DNA of 64,000 nt from positions 1 through 64,000 of the IMG/VR virus record IMGVR_UViG_3300042564_000781; one strand, written 5' to 3'. Shown piece by piece: positions 37,678 through 48,332 of the stretch. Numbering within the stretch: the first letter of the stretch is position 1; each line of letters starts with the position of its first letter. The notes beneath the pieces are model-generated. The model was not told the DNA's origin, ran no database searches, and was given only the letters and a program-made list of their open reading frames with translations. Source of the stretch: a virus. Made by a program: the position numbers and the translations under genes.

Positions 37678-38304
37678 ATGAACTATCTTCGAGAAAACCT
37701 GAGTTTCGACCAAGCGAGAGTAGTCGTTGAATCCGATGGCGAGAATGGAAAGAACCTTTACATGAAGGGAATTTTCATTCAAGGCGACAAGAGGAATCAG
37801 AATCAGCGTGTTTATCCTGGAAGAGAGATTGCCAGGGCTGTCAAAACCCTGAACGATCAAATTGCAGGTGGGTACTCAGTACTTGGCGAAGTAGATCATC
37901 CAGATGACTTAAGAATCAACCTTGACCGTGTGAGCCATATGATCACAGAAATGTGGATGGATGGCGCAGACGGTTACGGAAAATTAAAAATCTTAGCAAC
38001 ACCTATGGGACAACTAGTGAAAACTATGTTAGAAAGTGGCGTGAAGTTAGGAGTATCAAGCCGCGGATCCGGAAATGTCAGCGATGGCAGTTCCGGTGAA
38101 GTATCAGATTTTGAGATTATCACAGTTGATGTGGTAGCTCAACCTAGTGCCCCTGGCGCATACCCTACACCAATTTATGAACACCTGATGAATAGTCGCG
38201 GTGGTTATAACAGCTTACGCATAGCGCAAGAGGTTAAAGGTGACCCTAAAGCACAAAAATATCTCAAAGAGAGCTTATTAGGTATAATAAGCAAACTCCA
38301 ATAA
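37678..38304 (+). CDS. gp21: Prohead protease gp21
   Basis: NQNQRVYP, LGEVDHP, GVSSRGSG, DVVAQPSAP motifs. Confidence 0.95.
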   Translation: MNYLRENLSFDQARVVVESDGENGKNLYMKGIFIQGDKRNQNQRVYPGREIARAVKTLNDQIAGGYSVLGEVDHPDDLRINLDRVSHMITEMWMDGADGYGKLKILATPMGQLVKTMLESGVKLGVSSRGSGNVSDGSSGEVSDFEIITVDVVAQPSAPGAYPTPIYEHLMNSRGGYNSLRIAQEVKGDPKAQKYLKESLLGIISKLQ

Positions 38305-38317
38305 AGAGGAGAATCAC

Positions 38318-39412
38318 ATGTTGGACGCACTAAAGAATTTGTTTGAAAACAACGTGGTTTCGGAAGAGATCAAAGAATCTATTGAGGCTGCTTGGGAAGC
38401 TCGCATTGTCGAGAACCGCACACAAGTAACTCAACAGCTACGTGAAGAATTTGCTCAACGCTATGAACATGACCGTCAGGTTATGGTCGAAGCAATTGAC
38501 CGCATGTTAGGCGATCAGTTGAAAGAGGAAATTCAGCAGTTTGTAGAAGATCGTAATCAATTAGCAGAAGCTAAGGCAAAGTATGCAGTAAAAATGCACA
38601 ACGATGCTAACCTAATGAAAGAGTTTGTTACTCGTCAATTAGCTAGTGAAGTTAAAGAATTACACGAAGATCAAGTACAAATGGCTTCTAAGTTTCACAC
38701 ACTTGAGAAGTTTGTCGTAGAAGCTTTGGCTCAAGAAATCGCAGAGTTCCATACAGACAAGCAAGACATTGCAGAAATGAAGGTACGTTTGGTACGCGAA
38801 GGCCGTCAGGCACTAGCTTCCATGAAGGAACAATTCATTAAACGTGCAGCTACGTTGGTCGAGAATACAGTTGAAAAGACTCTTACCAAAGAGATTGGTC
38901 AATTGAAAGAAGACATCGAAGCAGCTCGTCGTAACGATTTTGGTCGTAAATTATTCGAAGCTTATGCAAGCGAATATCAAAACAGTTACTTAAACGAAAA
39001 ATCAGAAACAGCTAAATTGCTCAAAGTCATAGACAAGAAAGATCTACAAGTTGCAGAGGCTCATCACGCTGTAGCACAAGCAACTCAGATCCTAGAAAGC
39101 AAGGAAGCACAAGTTAAAGCTCTAATGGAGAGCAAAGACCGTCAAGAAATTATGAATGAATTAGTAGCACCTTTGGGCAACACCCAGAAAGCTATTATGA
39201 CAGAATTACTTGAGAGTGTACAAACTGGCAAACTACGCAGTAGTTTTGACAAGTACCTTCCAGCAGTTATTGCTGGCGAAGCTCCACAGAAGAAGAAGGC
39301 ACTAGTAGAGGCAAAAGAAGTCACAGGCAACAAAGAAACCCACAGCGTCGGTAGCAGCGAGCACGAAAGTAATATTTTCAATATGCGTCGTCTAGCTGGA
39401 ATTAAACATTAA
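38318..39412 (+). CDS. gp22: Prohead core scaffold protein gp22-like
   Basis: Coiled-coil E/K-rich protein between protease and capsid; GRKLFEAY motif. Confidence 0.8.
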   Translation: MLDALKNLFENNVVSEEIKESIEAAWEARIVENRTQVTQQLREEFAQRYEHDRQVMVEAIDRMLGDQLKEEIQQFVEDRNQLAEAKAKYAVKMHNDANLMKEFVTRQLASEVKELHEDQVQMASKFHTLEKFVVEALAQEIAEFHTDKQDIAEMKVRLVREGRQALASMKEQFIKRAATLVENTVEKTLTKEIGQLKEDIEAARRNDFGRKLFEAYASEYQNSYLNEKSETAKLLKVIDKKDLQVAEAHHAVAQATQILESKEAQVKALMESKDRQEIMNELVAPLGNTQKAIMTELLESVQTGKLRSSFDKYLPAVIAGEAPQKKKALVEAKEVTGNKETHSVGSSEHESNIFNMRRLAGIKH

Positions 39413-39426
39413 TTAGGAGAAAATAA

Positions 39427-40596
39427 ATGTCAGAACTACTAACAGGCCGTTGGGCAGAAACAAAAGAAGCACTTCTTGAAGGCCTTCAAGGCACTAAGAG
39501 ATCTGTAATGGCATCTACACTAGAGAACACACGTAAGTATCTAGCTGAGAGTGCAAGTACAGGTGCTACTTCTGCCGGAAACGTCGCAACATTAAATCGT
39601 GTGATCCTTCCAGTGATCAGACGTGTCATGCCAACAGTTATTGCTAACGAGTTGGTCGGTGTACAACCAATGACTGGACCAGTTGGTCAAATCCATACGC
39701 TACGTGTTCGCTACAGCGACACAGTTAGCGGCACATTTGGCGCTAACGCTGGTGAAGAAGCACTAAGCCCATTCAAGATTGCTGAAGGTTATTCCGCAAG
39801 CAATGGCTCTGCTGCTACTGCTGCATCAACTGCATCCCTAGAAGGTGCGGCTGGTAAGCGTATGAGCATCCAGATCTTGAAACAAACAGTTGAAGCTAAG
39901 ACACGTAAGTTATCAGCTCGCTGGACATTCGAAGCTGCTCAAGATGCACAAGCCCAACAAGGTATTGACATCGAAGCAGAAATCATGGCTGCTCTTGCAC
40001 AAGAGATCACAGCTGAGATTGACCAAGAAGTTCTTGGTTCTTTAGCAACTTTAGCTGGTTCACAGAACTTGCAGGCTTATAACCAAGCTGCTGTTTCTGG
40101 TACTGCTACATTCGTTGGTGACGAACATGCTGCTCTTGCAGTTATGATCAACCGCGTTGCTAACACTATCGCCCAGCGTACACGTCGTGGTGCTGGTAAC
40201 TGGGCAGTTGTAAGCCCAACAGCATTGACAGTTCTTCAGTCTGCTACTACAAGCGCATTCGCTCGTACAACAGAAGGCACATTCGAAGCACCTACAAACA
40301 CTAAGTTTGTTGGTACATTGAACAATGCTATGAAGATCTATGTAAACACTTATGCACAGAATGATGATGTATTAGTTGGTTACAAAGGTGCTAACGAAAG
40401 TGATGCAGCAGCATTCTATTGCCCATACATTCCATTGATGAGCAGTGGTGTTGTTCTAGATCCAGCAACATTCGAACCAGTCGTATCATTCATGACACGT
40501 TATGGTTATGTAGAGTTAAGCAACACTGCTTCTTCTCTAGGTAATGCAGCTGACTATCTAGGCAAAGTTACATTAACTGGCCTAGCATTTAGCTAA
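39427..40596 (+). CDS. gp23: Major capsid protein gp23
   Basis: LPVIRRVMP..IA..LVGVQPMTGPVGQI, EAKTRKL.ARWT.EAAQD, FYCPYIPL, FMTRYG. Confidence 0.97.
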   Translation: MSELLTGRWAETKEALLEGLQGTKRSVMASTLENTRKYLAESASTGATSAGNVATLNRVILPVIRRVMPTVIANELVGVQPMTGPVGQIHTLRVRYSDTVSGTFGANAGEEALSPFKIAEGYSASNGSAATAASTASLEGAAGKRMSIQILKQTVEAKTRKLSARWTFEAAQDAQAQQGIDIEAEIMAALAQEITAEIDQEVLGSLATLAGSQNLQAYNQAAVSGTATFVGDEHAALAVMINRVANTIAQRTRRGAGNWAVVSPTALTVLQSATTSAFARTTEGTFEAPTNTKFVGTLNNAMKIYVNTYAQNDDVLVGYKGANESDAAAFYCPYIPLMSSGVVLDPATFEPVVSFMTRYGYVELSNTASSLGNAADYLGKVTLTGLAFS

Positions 40597-40624
40597 TCAA
40601 CTTACCGCAAGGTACGTTACTTAC

Positions 40625-40652
40625 AAAGGACTCTTCGGAGTCCTTTCTCTTT
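40625..40652 (+). terminator. Intrinsic terminator after the major capsid gene
   Basis: AAAGGACTC-TTCG-GAGTCCTTT followed by CTCTTT; a second hairpin TACC-GCAA-GGTA lies at 40603-14. Confidence 0.85.
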
Positions 40653-40751
40653 ATGTGATAAATACTTTGTATGATTTACACAGGGTAGATCTTATGCGGA
40701 AATCCAACCGCGTACAGCCTAGAACGCTGTTTTTCTTAAGGAGAAATTAAA

Positions 40752-41954
40752 ATGGGACGTCCTTTAAATAAAAAATATTTTGGTAACCGCAACACAGGTT
40801 CCGCAAGCACCGCAGCTGATAATTCTATCGGTGGTGGAGCAGTTGCTAGTGTTACATTAAACGCATTAGGCGCATATACAACTCGCCCAACAATTACATT
40901 TGCAGTGCCAACACTACCAGGTGGTGTTCGTGCTACTGGTACTATTACTTCTGAAGTTGTTAGTGCCGCAGTCAGCGGTACACAAACTCGTGCTTATCCA
41001 ACAGCCGCAGCCGCAATTGGTTTCAATACTGCCGGTTCGACCTTTACAGCAACCGTAACCAGCGCCGCTCTAACAACTGTAGTTCGCGCAAGTGCTACAA
41101 CAATAGGTTTTGATGCTGCCAGCGCAAACCTTGCCATAAGTGGTAACAGTATTCACATTACAGGCGCAAGTATCACAGGTACATTATCAATTGGTGGTGT
41201 AGCAATTGCCGCTGGTCAAATTTATTATACAGGTGCTCCAAGTACCACTACATCAGCAACATTGTATGCCACATATGCTGACGCAGTTTCTGCAACTAAC
41301 CCATTAACTATTGTTGCTGGTACAGGCGTTGGCGGTGCAACATTTACACACGGTGTTACATTTGGTGCAGTGACAGCATTAACTCCAGTTGCTCGTGGTT
41401 CATATGAAGCATTAGTTGCAAGCGGCGATGCTGTAGTTGCTACAGCTGGTGTAGGTTCTGGACTAACAATCACTCCAACATATCGTGCTAAAGCAGTTGT
41501 CATTACAGAAGCAGGTTCTGGATACACAGCAGCACCAACACCGACATTTACACAATCAGTAACAGCTACATCAGTTAACATGTTAGTTGACAGTGGTAAC
41601 ATTCGTACAACTGGAAATCAAGAAAATGCTATTTTGATGACAGCATTCTTAACTGGTGGATCAGCATTACCAGTTGACATTATTAAACAAGTATCTACTA
41701 ACCGTTTTAGAGTAACTGATGGTACACTTACTGGTATTGTTAAATTAACAGATTCATTAGCCAATGCCGCAGGTGAAGGCAGCGTTCGGTTACTTGACAC
41801 AGATGGCGGCACATATTTTGCTACTAAACTTACAGCACGTAAAGCTGTTATTACTCGTGGCACTGGCACACAAACAGCATTTGTTACAGGTACATCAGTT
41901 CCGTGGAACATGACTGCTGCAACTGCAACATCATTGTTAATCGATAACGCTTAA
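40752..41954 (+). CDS. Virion structural protein (Thr/Ala/Gly-rich, possibly head decoration/fibre)
   Basis: GATAAATA at 40657-64 and AAGGAG RBS; directly after gp23; GSGYT beta-repeat motif. Confidence 0.65.
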   Translation: MGRPLNKKYFGNRNTGSASTAADNSIGGGAVASVTLNALGAYTTRPTITFAVPTLPGGVRATGTITSEVVSAAVSGTQTRAYPTAAAAIGFNTAGSTFTATVTSAALTTVVRASATTIGFDAASANLAISGNSIHITGASITGTLSIGGVAIAAGQIYYTGAPSTTTSATLYATYADAVSATNPLTIVAGTGVGGATFTHGVTFGAVTALTPVARGSYEALVASGDAVVATAGVGSGLTITPTYRAKAVVITEAGSGYTAAPTPTFTQSVTATSVNMLVDSGNIRTTGNQENAILMTAFLTGGSALPVDIIKQVSTNRFRVTDGTLTGIVKLTDSLANAAGEGSVRLLDTDGGTYFATKLTARKAVITRGTGTQTAFVTGTSVPWNMTAATATSLLIDNA

Positions 41955-41962
41955 TTAGGTCT

Positions 41963-41978
41963 GGGGACTTCGGTCCCC
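41963..41978 (+). other. Stable cUUCGg hairpin without a U-tract (stabiliser, processing site or weak terminator)
   Basis: GGGGAC-TTCG-GTCCCC between two co-oriented genes. Confidence 0.7.
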
Positions 41979-41993
41979 TACTAAGGATAATAG

Positions 41994-43073
41994 ATGTCAA
42001 AGATATTAAAAATTACCGATGGTGATTATAAGATTAAAACCAGAAACTATGGCAGTATCACTTTAGATACTGGCATTGAAGTGGGTGAAGTAATTGTTAC
42101 TGGTTCCTTGACAGTACGAGGGAATACAACAACAGTTAATTCTGAAACTTTAACTATTGTTGACCAACGTATTGAACTTAATGTTGGCGAATCTGGGCCG
42201 GGAGTAACAACTAAACCAACTGACACTAGTTTAGAGTCAGGAATTTTAATCCATCGTGGTGCTAATAATACTGCTGCTAGTAGAGATGTTCTAGTAGTGT
42301 TCAAAGAAGTAGAGCCAGGCTTCCCATCAACTGCCATTGCCGGGCGCGGCACAATACAATTCAAATATTCTAACGGCGATCCAGTTGCTATCAGCACTAA
42401 CAGTATTAGTGTGCCAGGTAACGGAAATCTTGGATTGATTAATGCAGGTAATGGTTATGTTACAGTATCTGGTACTACTAATTATGAACTCAATGCGTTT
42501 AGTTATACTGCATGGAATCTCGCTGGCAGTCCACGTGCAGCATATGCTATTCCTAACGCATTGATAACAGTAGTTGACGATGACGTTATACCAAATGCAA
42601 AAGGTCTGGTGGACTTTGTTGATGCATCACTTTACTATTATAGAAGTCCTTTGCTATCAGAAGGCGATACTACAGTAAGAACATACGATGCCCAGGCACC
42701 TTTCTTAAATTCACCTAGTAGAATTGAGTTTACAGTTGACGGCAGTTTAAGAGGAAAATTTATTGCCACAGGATTAGATGTTGATAATGTTAATATTTTT
42801 ACAAATACTATTAATAACGCAACTAACAATTTAATTTTATCTGCTACAACTACTAATACTGTAGAAGTCAATGCATTGTTACAGTTAAATAATCAAGCAA
42901 GTGATATAACCGTAGCAGTAACAACTGCAACTCAAATATATACAAAAGCTGCTGAAGGTCCTGGACGTACTGGAATTTATTTTACCAACGATACAGCCTA
43001 TGGAGCAAACGCATATAACAACGATGAATTAGTAAGTAAGAACAGAGCAGTATTGCTAAGTATCTTACTATAA
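41994..43073 (+). CDS. Virion structural protein
   Basis: Beta-rich VTGSLTVRGNTTTVNSE..IVD..IELN motif common in fibre proteins; late operon. Confidence 0.6.
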   Translation: MSKILKITDGDYKIKTRNYGSITLDTGIEVGEVIVTGSLTVRGNTTTVNSETLTIVDQRIELNVGESGPGVTTKPTDTSLESGILIHRGANNTAASRDVLVVFKEVEPGFPSTAIAGRGTIQFKYSNGDPVAISTNSISVPGNGNLGLINAGNGYVTVSGTTNYELNAFSYTAWNLAGSPRAAYAIPNALITVVDDDVIPNAKGLVDFVDASLYYYRSPLLSEGDTTVRTYDAQAPFLNSPSRIEFTVDGSLRGKFIATGLDVDNVNIFTNTINNATNNLILSATTTNTVEVNALLQLNNQASDITVAVTTATQIYTKAAEGPGRTGIYFTNDTAYGANAYNNDELVSKNRAVLLSILL

Positions 43074-43082
43074 GGAAAGAAC

Positions 43083-43415
43083 ATGGCGATTAAAAATACA
43101 GCAATTCCAGCAACAACTGATACGGCAATTTATACTAGTAGCGGAAATAATGCTATTACAACTATCATTGTATGCAATACTAATACAACTCCTACTACTG
43201 GAGATAGAACATTAACATTGTATGCAGTAGAACACTCTGGTGCAGCCGTAGGAACTCCTAGTACTGGAAATATGATAGTTCAAACTTTAACAATTCCTGC
43301 AGGGGATACTATAAGTTTTGATCAAGAAAAAATGGTGTTAGCTGACTTTGATAGTGTTGTAGCTTATGCCAGCGGAACTGGAATAACAGCAACAGTAAGT
43401 ACATTACCGGTATAA
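43083..43415 (+). CDS. Small beta-rich structural protein, probable paralogue of 54227-54556
   Basis: 110 aa; TIIVCN...IPAGDT...EKMVL pattern shared with 54227-54556 (LSLAN...VPPNSS...EKLIL). Confidence 0.6.
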   Translation: MAIKNTAIPATTDTAIYTSSGNNAITTIIVCNTNTTPTTGDRTLTLYAVEHSGAAVGTPSTGNMIVQTLTIPAGDTISFDQEKMVLADFDSVVAYASGTGITATVSTLPV

Positions 43416-43419
43416 GACA

Positions 43420-44178
43420 ATGAGATTTTTAAAAACGTTAACACTCAATCGTAGATCAGTTTATGATGACAGATTAGCTATCAATACTGATAGCGAAGTC
43501 ATTATGAATACTACTGCGTCACTGTTAGTACCTTACGGAACTACTGGCGAACGTACTAGTGACGTTAACGGCATGGTCCGATACAATGCCACTACGAAAG
43601 AATTTGAAGGATATCAAGGCGGCGTAGCAGGAGCAACAGGTGGAGGTCAATGGCGTCCTTTTAGATTTAAAGAACCTAATGGTGTTGTTTTACAAGATGT
43701 TGGACCAGCTGATGGACCAACGGATACTCAAACTGTATTTGGTCCATTAACGCCTGATCCATTTTTATACGCTACCCACCAATCTGATATAGATACAAAT
43801 TCAGTACTGTACCCTTCAGGTTGGGTTGCTGGCCAAATGGCTAAAAATATACTAGTAATTACTGAAACTATTGTGCAACTAGGTGGTGTAAACTTTAACA
43901 TTGTACAAGATCCAACTACTACTGGAACAGGCGATGAAATTACAACCGGTGCATTTGTAGACGGCGTTGAGTATGTAATTACTAATGTAGGCGATACCGA
44001 CTTCATTGCATTGGGTGCAAGTGCAAATACAGTTGGGGTCGTTTTCACTACTGCACCAGCAAGCGGTGGTGGCAACGGCACTACAGGTAAAGTAAGAAAG
44101 ACAGGCACATACTTAGAGTTTTACACTGCGGTTCCTGCAGGCCGTTCTGTGCATATTATTCACAACCTAAACCAATAA
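43420..44178 (+). CDS. Virion structural protein
   Basis: VPYGTTGER..GMVRYN..EFEGY fibre motif plus a GAFVDGVEYVITNVGDTDFIALGA module. Confidence 0.6.
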   Translation: MRFLKTLTLNRRSVYDDRLAINTDSEVIMNTTASLLVPYGTTGERTSDVNGMVRYNATTKEFEGYQGGVAGATGGGQWRPFRFKEPNGVVLQDVGPADGPTDTQTVFGPLTPDPFLYATHQSDIDTNSVLYPSGWVAGQMAKNILVITETIVQLGGVNFNIVQDPTTTGTGDEITTGAFVDGVEYVITNVGDTDFIALGASANTVGVVFTTAPASGGGNGTTGKVRKTGTYLEFYTAVPAGRSVHIIHNLNQ

Positions 44179-44211
44179 CAATCTACTATAAATAGTGTAT
44201 TGGAGCTGAAT

Positions 44212-47200
44212 ATGGCGAATGCACTAGGTAGAATTTCTGGTCAATTATTAAAAAATAACCTAACCCGCAACGGCCAGGATCTTGTATTTGACGATCTTGG
44301 CACTACTGATCCCGTATTAAAACTCAATGTAACTAATCGTTATGTTAGCATTAACTCTGACACTACATTAAGAGATTTATTTGTTAACGAAAAGATACGT
44401 ACTACTAATTTAATATCTGTAGATCGATTAAACGATCCGTTAGACGCATCCCCTCTCAAATTAAGCATTAGTGGAACTACCATTATTTCTAGAGATAATC
44501 TTAATTTTTCCGCAGCCACGCAAGTAAATGCAAACATTATTCATACTGATAACATACGTATTGATAACAGGGTAATATCAACTAGAACTCTTAATACAAC
44601 TTTAGATTTTAGTCCAGCAGGATCATTAGACATTTATAATGTGTTAAATGTCACTGGTAACTTACGAGCATGGGATGCTGGACCTGGAACTGGAAATATT
44701 ACCCTAGACGGTAATATTACGTTTGGCAGCACAGACCAATCTGGAACTAATGCAGATACCATTTCGTTTAATGCAGATATCAATACTGATATTAATCCTA
44801 ATCTAGATGAAACATATCGGTTAGGATCTACTACACAACGTTGGGAAGGGTTATATACTGAACTAATTAATGGTGAACAGGTATCAACAATAGGACTATC
44901 TTCCAGCGGCGTTAATTTAGTATTGAGACCTGGAAAAAGTTGGTACGTTGCTACTAACGGGTCAGACACAAATGTTGGCAATCATCAGAGTGGCCCCTTT
45001 GCCACAATTAAACATGCGCTCGACGAATCATCTGCCGGCGACACTGTTTACATTTATCCAGGAACCTATACAGAACAATTTCCGCTAACGGTCCCAGTTG
45101 GGGTAGCTGTTAAAGGTACCGGCATTCGCTCAGTAACGGTGCAACCTACTGCGCTTACACAGTCAAACAATGCGTTTTTACTCAACGGTGAAACTACTGT
45201 TAGTGATTTAACCGTTAAGGATTTTTATGCTCCAGGTTACGCATTTAGTTTTGCTCCTGGATTTACTGTATCTACCCGTAGTCCTTATGTACAAAATATA
45301 ACAGTACTCACAAAAGGTAGTGTTACATCGCCAACTGATCCGAGAGGATTTGACGAAGGTGATGCAGGCGGCGGCGCCTATGTTGACGGTAGTCTGGCAA
45401 CATCAGCTAGTAAAGAAGCTAGTATGTTGTTCCACAGTGTAACATTTATTACCCCGGGTGTAGATGCTCTAACAATGACCAACGGTGTTCGTGTAGAGTG
45501 GTTAAACTCGTTTACTTACTTTGCTAATAAAGGTCTATATGCAACAAACGGTACACTGGGGTTTGGCAGTTCTGTTGTAGGTTTTGACAGCATCGTAGGA
45601 TTTTACGGACAAAACGGAGTTGTATTAACTGGCGATGGCTCTAAAACTGTCACCGTCAATGTTTCTCTTACTGGTCTAATTACTATTGTTAGCATAGACG
45701 TTGGTGCTGTATCCGGATATTATATATCAACTGGTGGCACAACCTGGGTTGTTACTTTAGGAAAGTTTGGCGCTGAACTACGTAGTATAGGATCTGCAAA
45801 CGTCTATGGTAACTACGGCGCCGAAGCAGATGGTGCAAGTACACTAATGTACTTGATACAGCATAATTTTGCCTATATTGGAACTGGAAAAGATTTTAGT
45901 AATGATATATCGTTAGTAATTCAAGCCAACGAAACAGTAGAACTTAATAGCGGAAAAATATATTATCAAGGTTATAATAGAGGCAAGTGGAGAGTAGGCG
46001 ACGCATTTAGTGTTGATCATGCAACTGGTATAATATCTATTAACGGAGTTTCAGTAAGTGCTGGAGGTGTTACATCGATTAATTTTCTTAACGGCACAGA
46101 CGAAACAGTTATTAATTCTAGACAAGTAACTACCGGTAACGTTAAATTTAGCAATAATTTAATAACAACTTTATCGGGCCCAATTAATTTAGTCGGCGGC
46201 ACCGGAGAGATTAACTTAAATGCTAACACATCTGTAACTGATAACTTAGATATTACTGGCAATCTCAACACTGACGGTACTCTAACTATTGGTAATGCAT
46301 ACATTGACATTGTTAGATTTGAAGCTCCTGTAGAATTTGATCTACGTCCCAAAACAGATGACGATTATACTCTAGGTGGTCCAACAAACAAACGTTGGGA
46401 CTTTGTATACCTAGACACTTCGTACATCGGCAACTACAAATTAGAAAATGCTACTATCTCAACAGTAGCAGGCAGTGCTGACGTTGAGCTAAGAGCTGAC
46501 GGTGCCGGAAGAATTTTTGTAAATCAAGACAATGCTGAATTTGATCAAGATTTAACAGTTGACGGTACAACTACTTTAAAAACTACAATAATAACCGGCG
46601 AGCTAACACAATACGGTGATTACTTACAAACAGGTAACACTCTACAAACTGGTAATAGAGAGATTACCAATACATTAGATGTAACTAACAACGTATATTT
46701 TGATAACATAAACATTGTTGACAATAGAATTCTTACCACAAATTCTAATGACAATTTAGAATTACGTGCAGTTGGTTCAGGCATTGTAGTGTTCAATGAT
46801 AATACACAGTTTAGTCAAGCAGCCCTATTTGGTACATTAGAAACCAATGGACTAACCAACTCTGGAACGATTACATCAGACATTTTTACAGACGGTGATA
46901 TAGAGATTAATGACAACTATATTACTACGACTGTGGGTAATAACGATCTTAGACTAGTCCCTAACGGCACAGGAAAAGTATCATTACCTTTAGATCCTGT
47001 AGCAATAACTCAAAAGTTAACTGTAGAAGACGATGCTATACTAAAAAATGTTGCAATCAACGGAGATCTAGATCACCTAGGTAATACTACGCAAACAGGT
47101 AACGTAGTTCAAACTGGAAACTTTGAGCTATCAACGGATCTAACAGTCACGGGAACCGATGCATTCTTTACAGATGTACGTATAATTAACAATCGTATTG

Positions 47201-48213
47201 CAACATCAACAGGAAGTAATAACTTAGAGCTACGTGCCAACGGCACTGCAATTATTAAAATTGCAGATAGTGCTGCTTTTGGACAACCACTAACTGTTAA
47301 CGGCGTCACAACAACTTCTACAATTAGTGCTACAACTGGAACAATCACATCAGATATATTCTCAGATAGTGATATAGAAATTAACGACAATTATATCACA
47401 ACCACTGTTGGAAATAACAATTTAATTTTAGCAGGTAGTACTACTGGCGGTCCTAAACTTGAACAAATTAAATTTAATGCAAGCACTATTAGTACAGAAA
47501 CTACCAATCAAGGATTTACCTTAACAATTCCTAGTGGCAATCTTAATATTAACGCAGCCACTGCCTTAAAAGTTCCAGTTGGAACCACAATAGATCGTCC
47601 AACATTGACCCAAGGTGAGTTTAGATTTAACTCAACTGACAATTTATTTAGAGGATACAGTTCAGCTACAGTTAGTTTTGCAGGAGTATATTCTGCAGAC
47701 AGACGGACTTCAGTGCTAGCGCACCCAACAAATAATACACTATTGTTTACTACTAATACCTTAAACAATATGACGGTTAGTGCATCTGGGTTAACTGTAA
47801 ACTCACTCACTGTTGATAACAATACAACATTTGCAACTAACATAATTTCAACAGCAGTTACTAATAATGACTTGTTCTTAACTCCTAATGGTCTAGGCAA
47901 GGTAGTGATAGATGACATTTCATTATTAAGCAATGAAATTATTAACTCGGCCAATACCGCACTAGTCTTACAAAACACTGGAAGTGGATATGTAAGATTT
48001 GGAGGCACAGGTGGTATTGCACTACCTGCTGGTCCTACAGTAGTTGACACTACTGGAGTAGAACTAGGTGACCTTCGCTATAATACAGACTTGAGCATTC
48101 CAGAAATATTTAACGGAGTTGACTATGTTGGCTTTGTTTCAGAAAATGCCGCACTGCTCAGCGCAGACGAAGTCCAAGAGATTACCAATCTTTGGGCCCT
48201 TGTAATCGGTTAA
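44212..48213 (+). CDS. Large fibre/appendage structural protein A (1333 aa from ATG 44212)
   Basis: TATAAATA (44187-94) and GGAG RBS; YVATNGSD..PFATIKHAL and RSPYVQN beta-helix-type motifs; repeated NxIxTxxxNxDLxLxxxGxG units. Confidence 0.75.
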   Translation: MANALGRISGQLLKNNLTRNGQDLVFDDLGTTDPVLKLNVTNRYVSINSDTTLRDLFVNEKIRTTNLISVDRLNDPLDASPLKLSISGTTIISRDNLNFSAATQVNANIIHTDNIRIDNRVISTRTLNTTLDFSPAGSLDIYNVLNVTGNLRAWDAGPGTGNITLDGNITFGSTDQSGTNADTISFNADINTDINPNLDETYRLGSTTQRWEGLYTELINGEQVSTIGLSSSGVNLVLRPGKSWYVATNGSDTNVGNHQSGPFATIKHALDESSAGDTVYIYPGTYTEQFPLTVPVGVAVKGTGIRSVTVQPTALTQSNNAFLLNGETTVSDLTVKDFYAPGYAFSFAPGFTVSTRSPYVQNITVLTKGSVTSPTDPRGFDEGDAGGGAYVDGSLATSASKEASMLFHSVTFITPGVDALTMTNGVRVEWLNSFTYFANKGLYATNGTLGFGSSVVGFDSIVGFYGQNGVVLTGDGSKTVTVNVSLTGLITIVSIDVGAVSGYYISTGGTTWVVTLGKFGAELRSIGSANVYGNYGAEADGASTLMYLIQHNFAYIGTGKDFSNDISLVIQANETVELNSGKIYYQGYNRGKWRVGDAFSVDHATGIISINGVSVSAGGVTSINFLNGTDETVINSRQVTTGNVKFSNNLITTLSGPINLVGGTGEINLNANTSVTDNLDITGNLNTDGTLTIGNAYIDIVRFEAPVEFDLRPKTDDDYTLGGPTNKRWDFVYLDTSYIGNYKLENATISTVAGSADVELRADGAGRIFVNQDNAEFDQDLTVDGTTTLKTTIITGELTQYGDYLQTGNTLQTGNREITNTLDVTNNVYFDNINIVDNRILTTNSNDNLELRAVGSGIVVFNDNTQFSQAALFGTLETNGLTNSGTITSDIFTDGDIEINDNYITTTVGNNDLRLVPNGTGKVSLPLDPVAITQKLTVEDDAILKNVAINGDLDHLGNTTQTGNVVQTGNFELSTDLTVTGTDAFFTDVRIINNRIATSTGSNNLELRANGTAIIKIADSAAFGQPLTVNGVTTTSTISATTGTITSDIFSDSDIEINDNYITTTVGNNNLILAGSTTGGPKLEQIKFNASTISTETTNQGFTLTIPSGNLNINAATALKVPVGTTIDRPTLTQGEFRFNSTDNLFRGYSSATVSFAGVYSADRRTSVLAHPTNNTLLFTTNTLNNMTVSASGLTVNSLTVDNNTTFATNIISTAVTNNDLFLTPNGLGKVVIDDISLLSNEIINSANTALVLQNTGSGYVRFGGTGGIALPAGPTVVDTTGVELGDLRYNTDLSIPEIFNGVDYVGFVSENAALLSADEVQEITNLWALVIG

Positions 48214-48332
48214 AACCCAAAACAGCTAAATACAATTACTGTAAAAGTTGGCAAACTTTTACGATATTAAACTGTGGTAAACCCGCAATGCAAGGTGGTT
48301 AACCGTGAAACACGGGGTCTAAAGGAGCACTC

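Noticed and set aside
41963-41985. Intrinsic terminator call for the UUCG hairpin
   Set aside because: No U-tract follows, and the next gene has no promoter motif of its own, so read-through is likely.
48285-48332. c-di-GMP-I (GEMM) riboswitch suggested by GGTAAAC, GAAA hairpin and GGTCTAA
   Set aside because: The conserved GACGCAAAGC junction and the P3 partner strand are missing and the element order does not fit.
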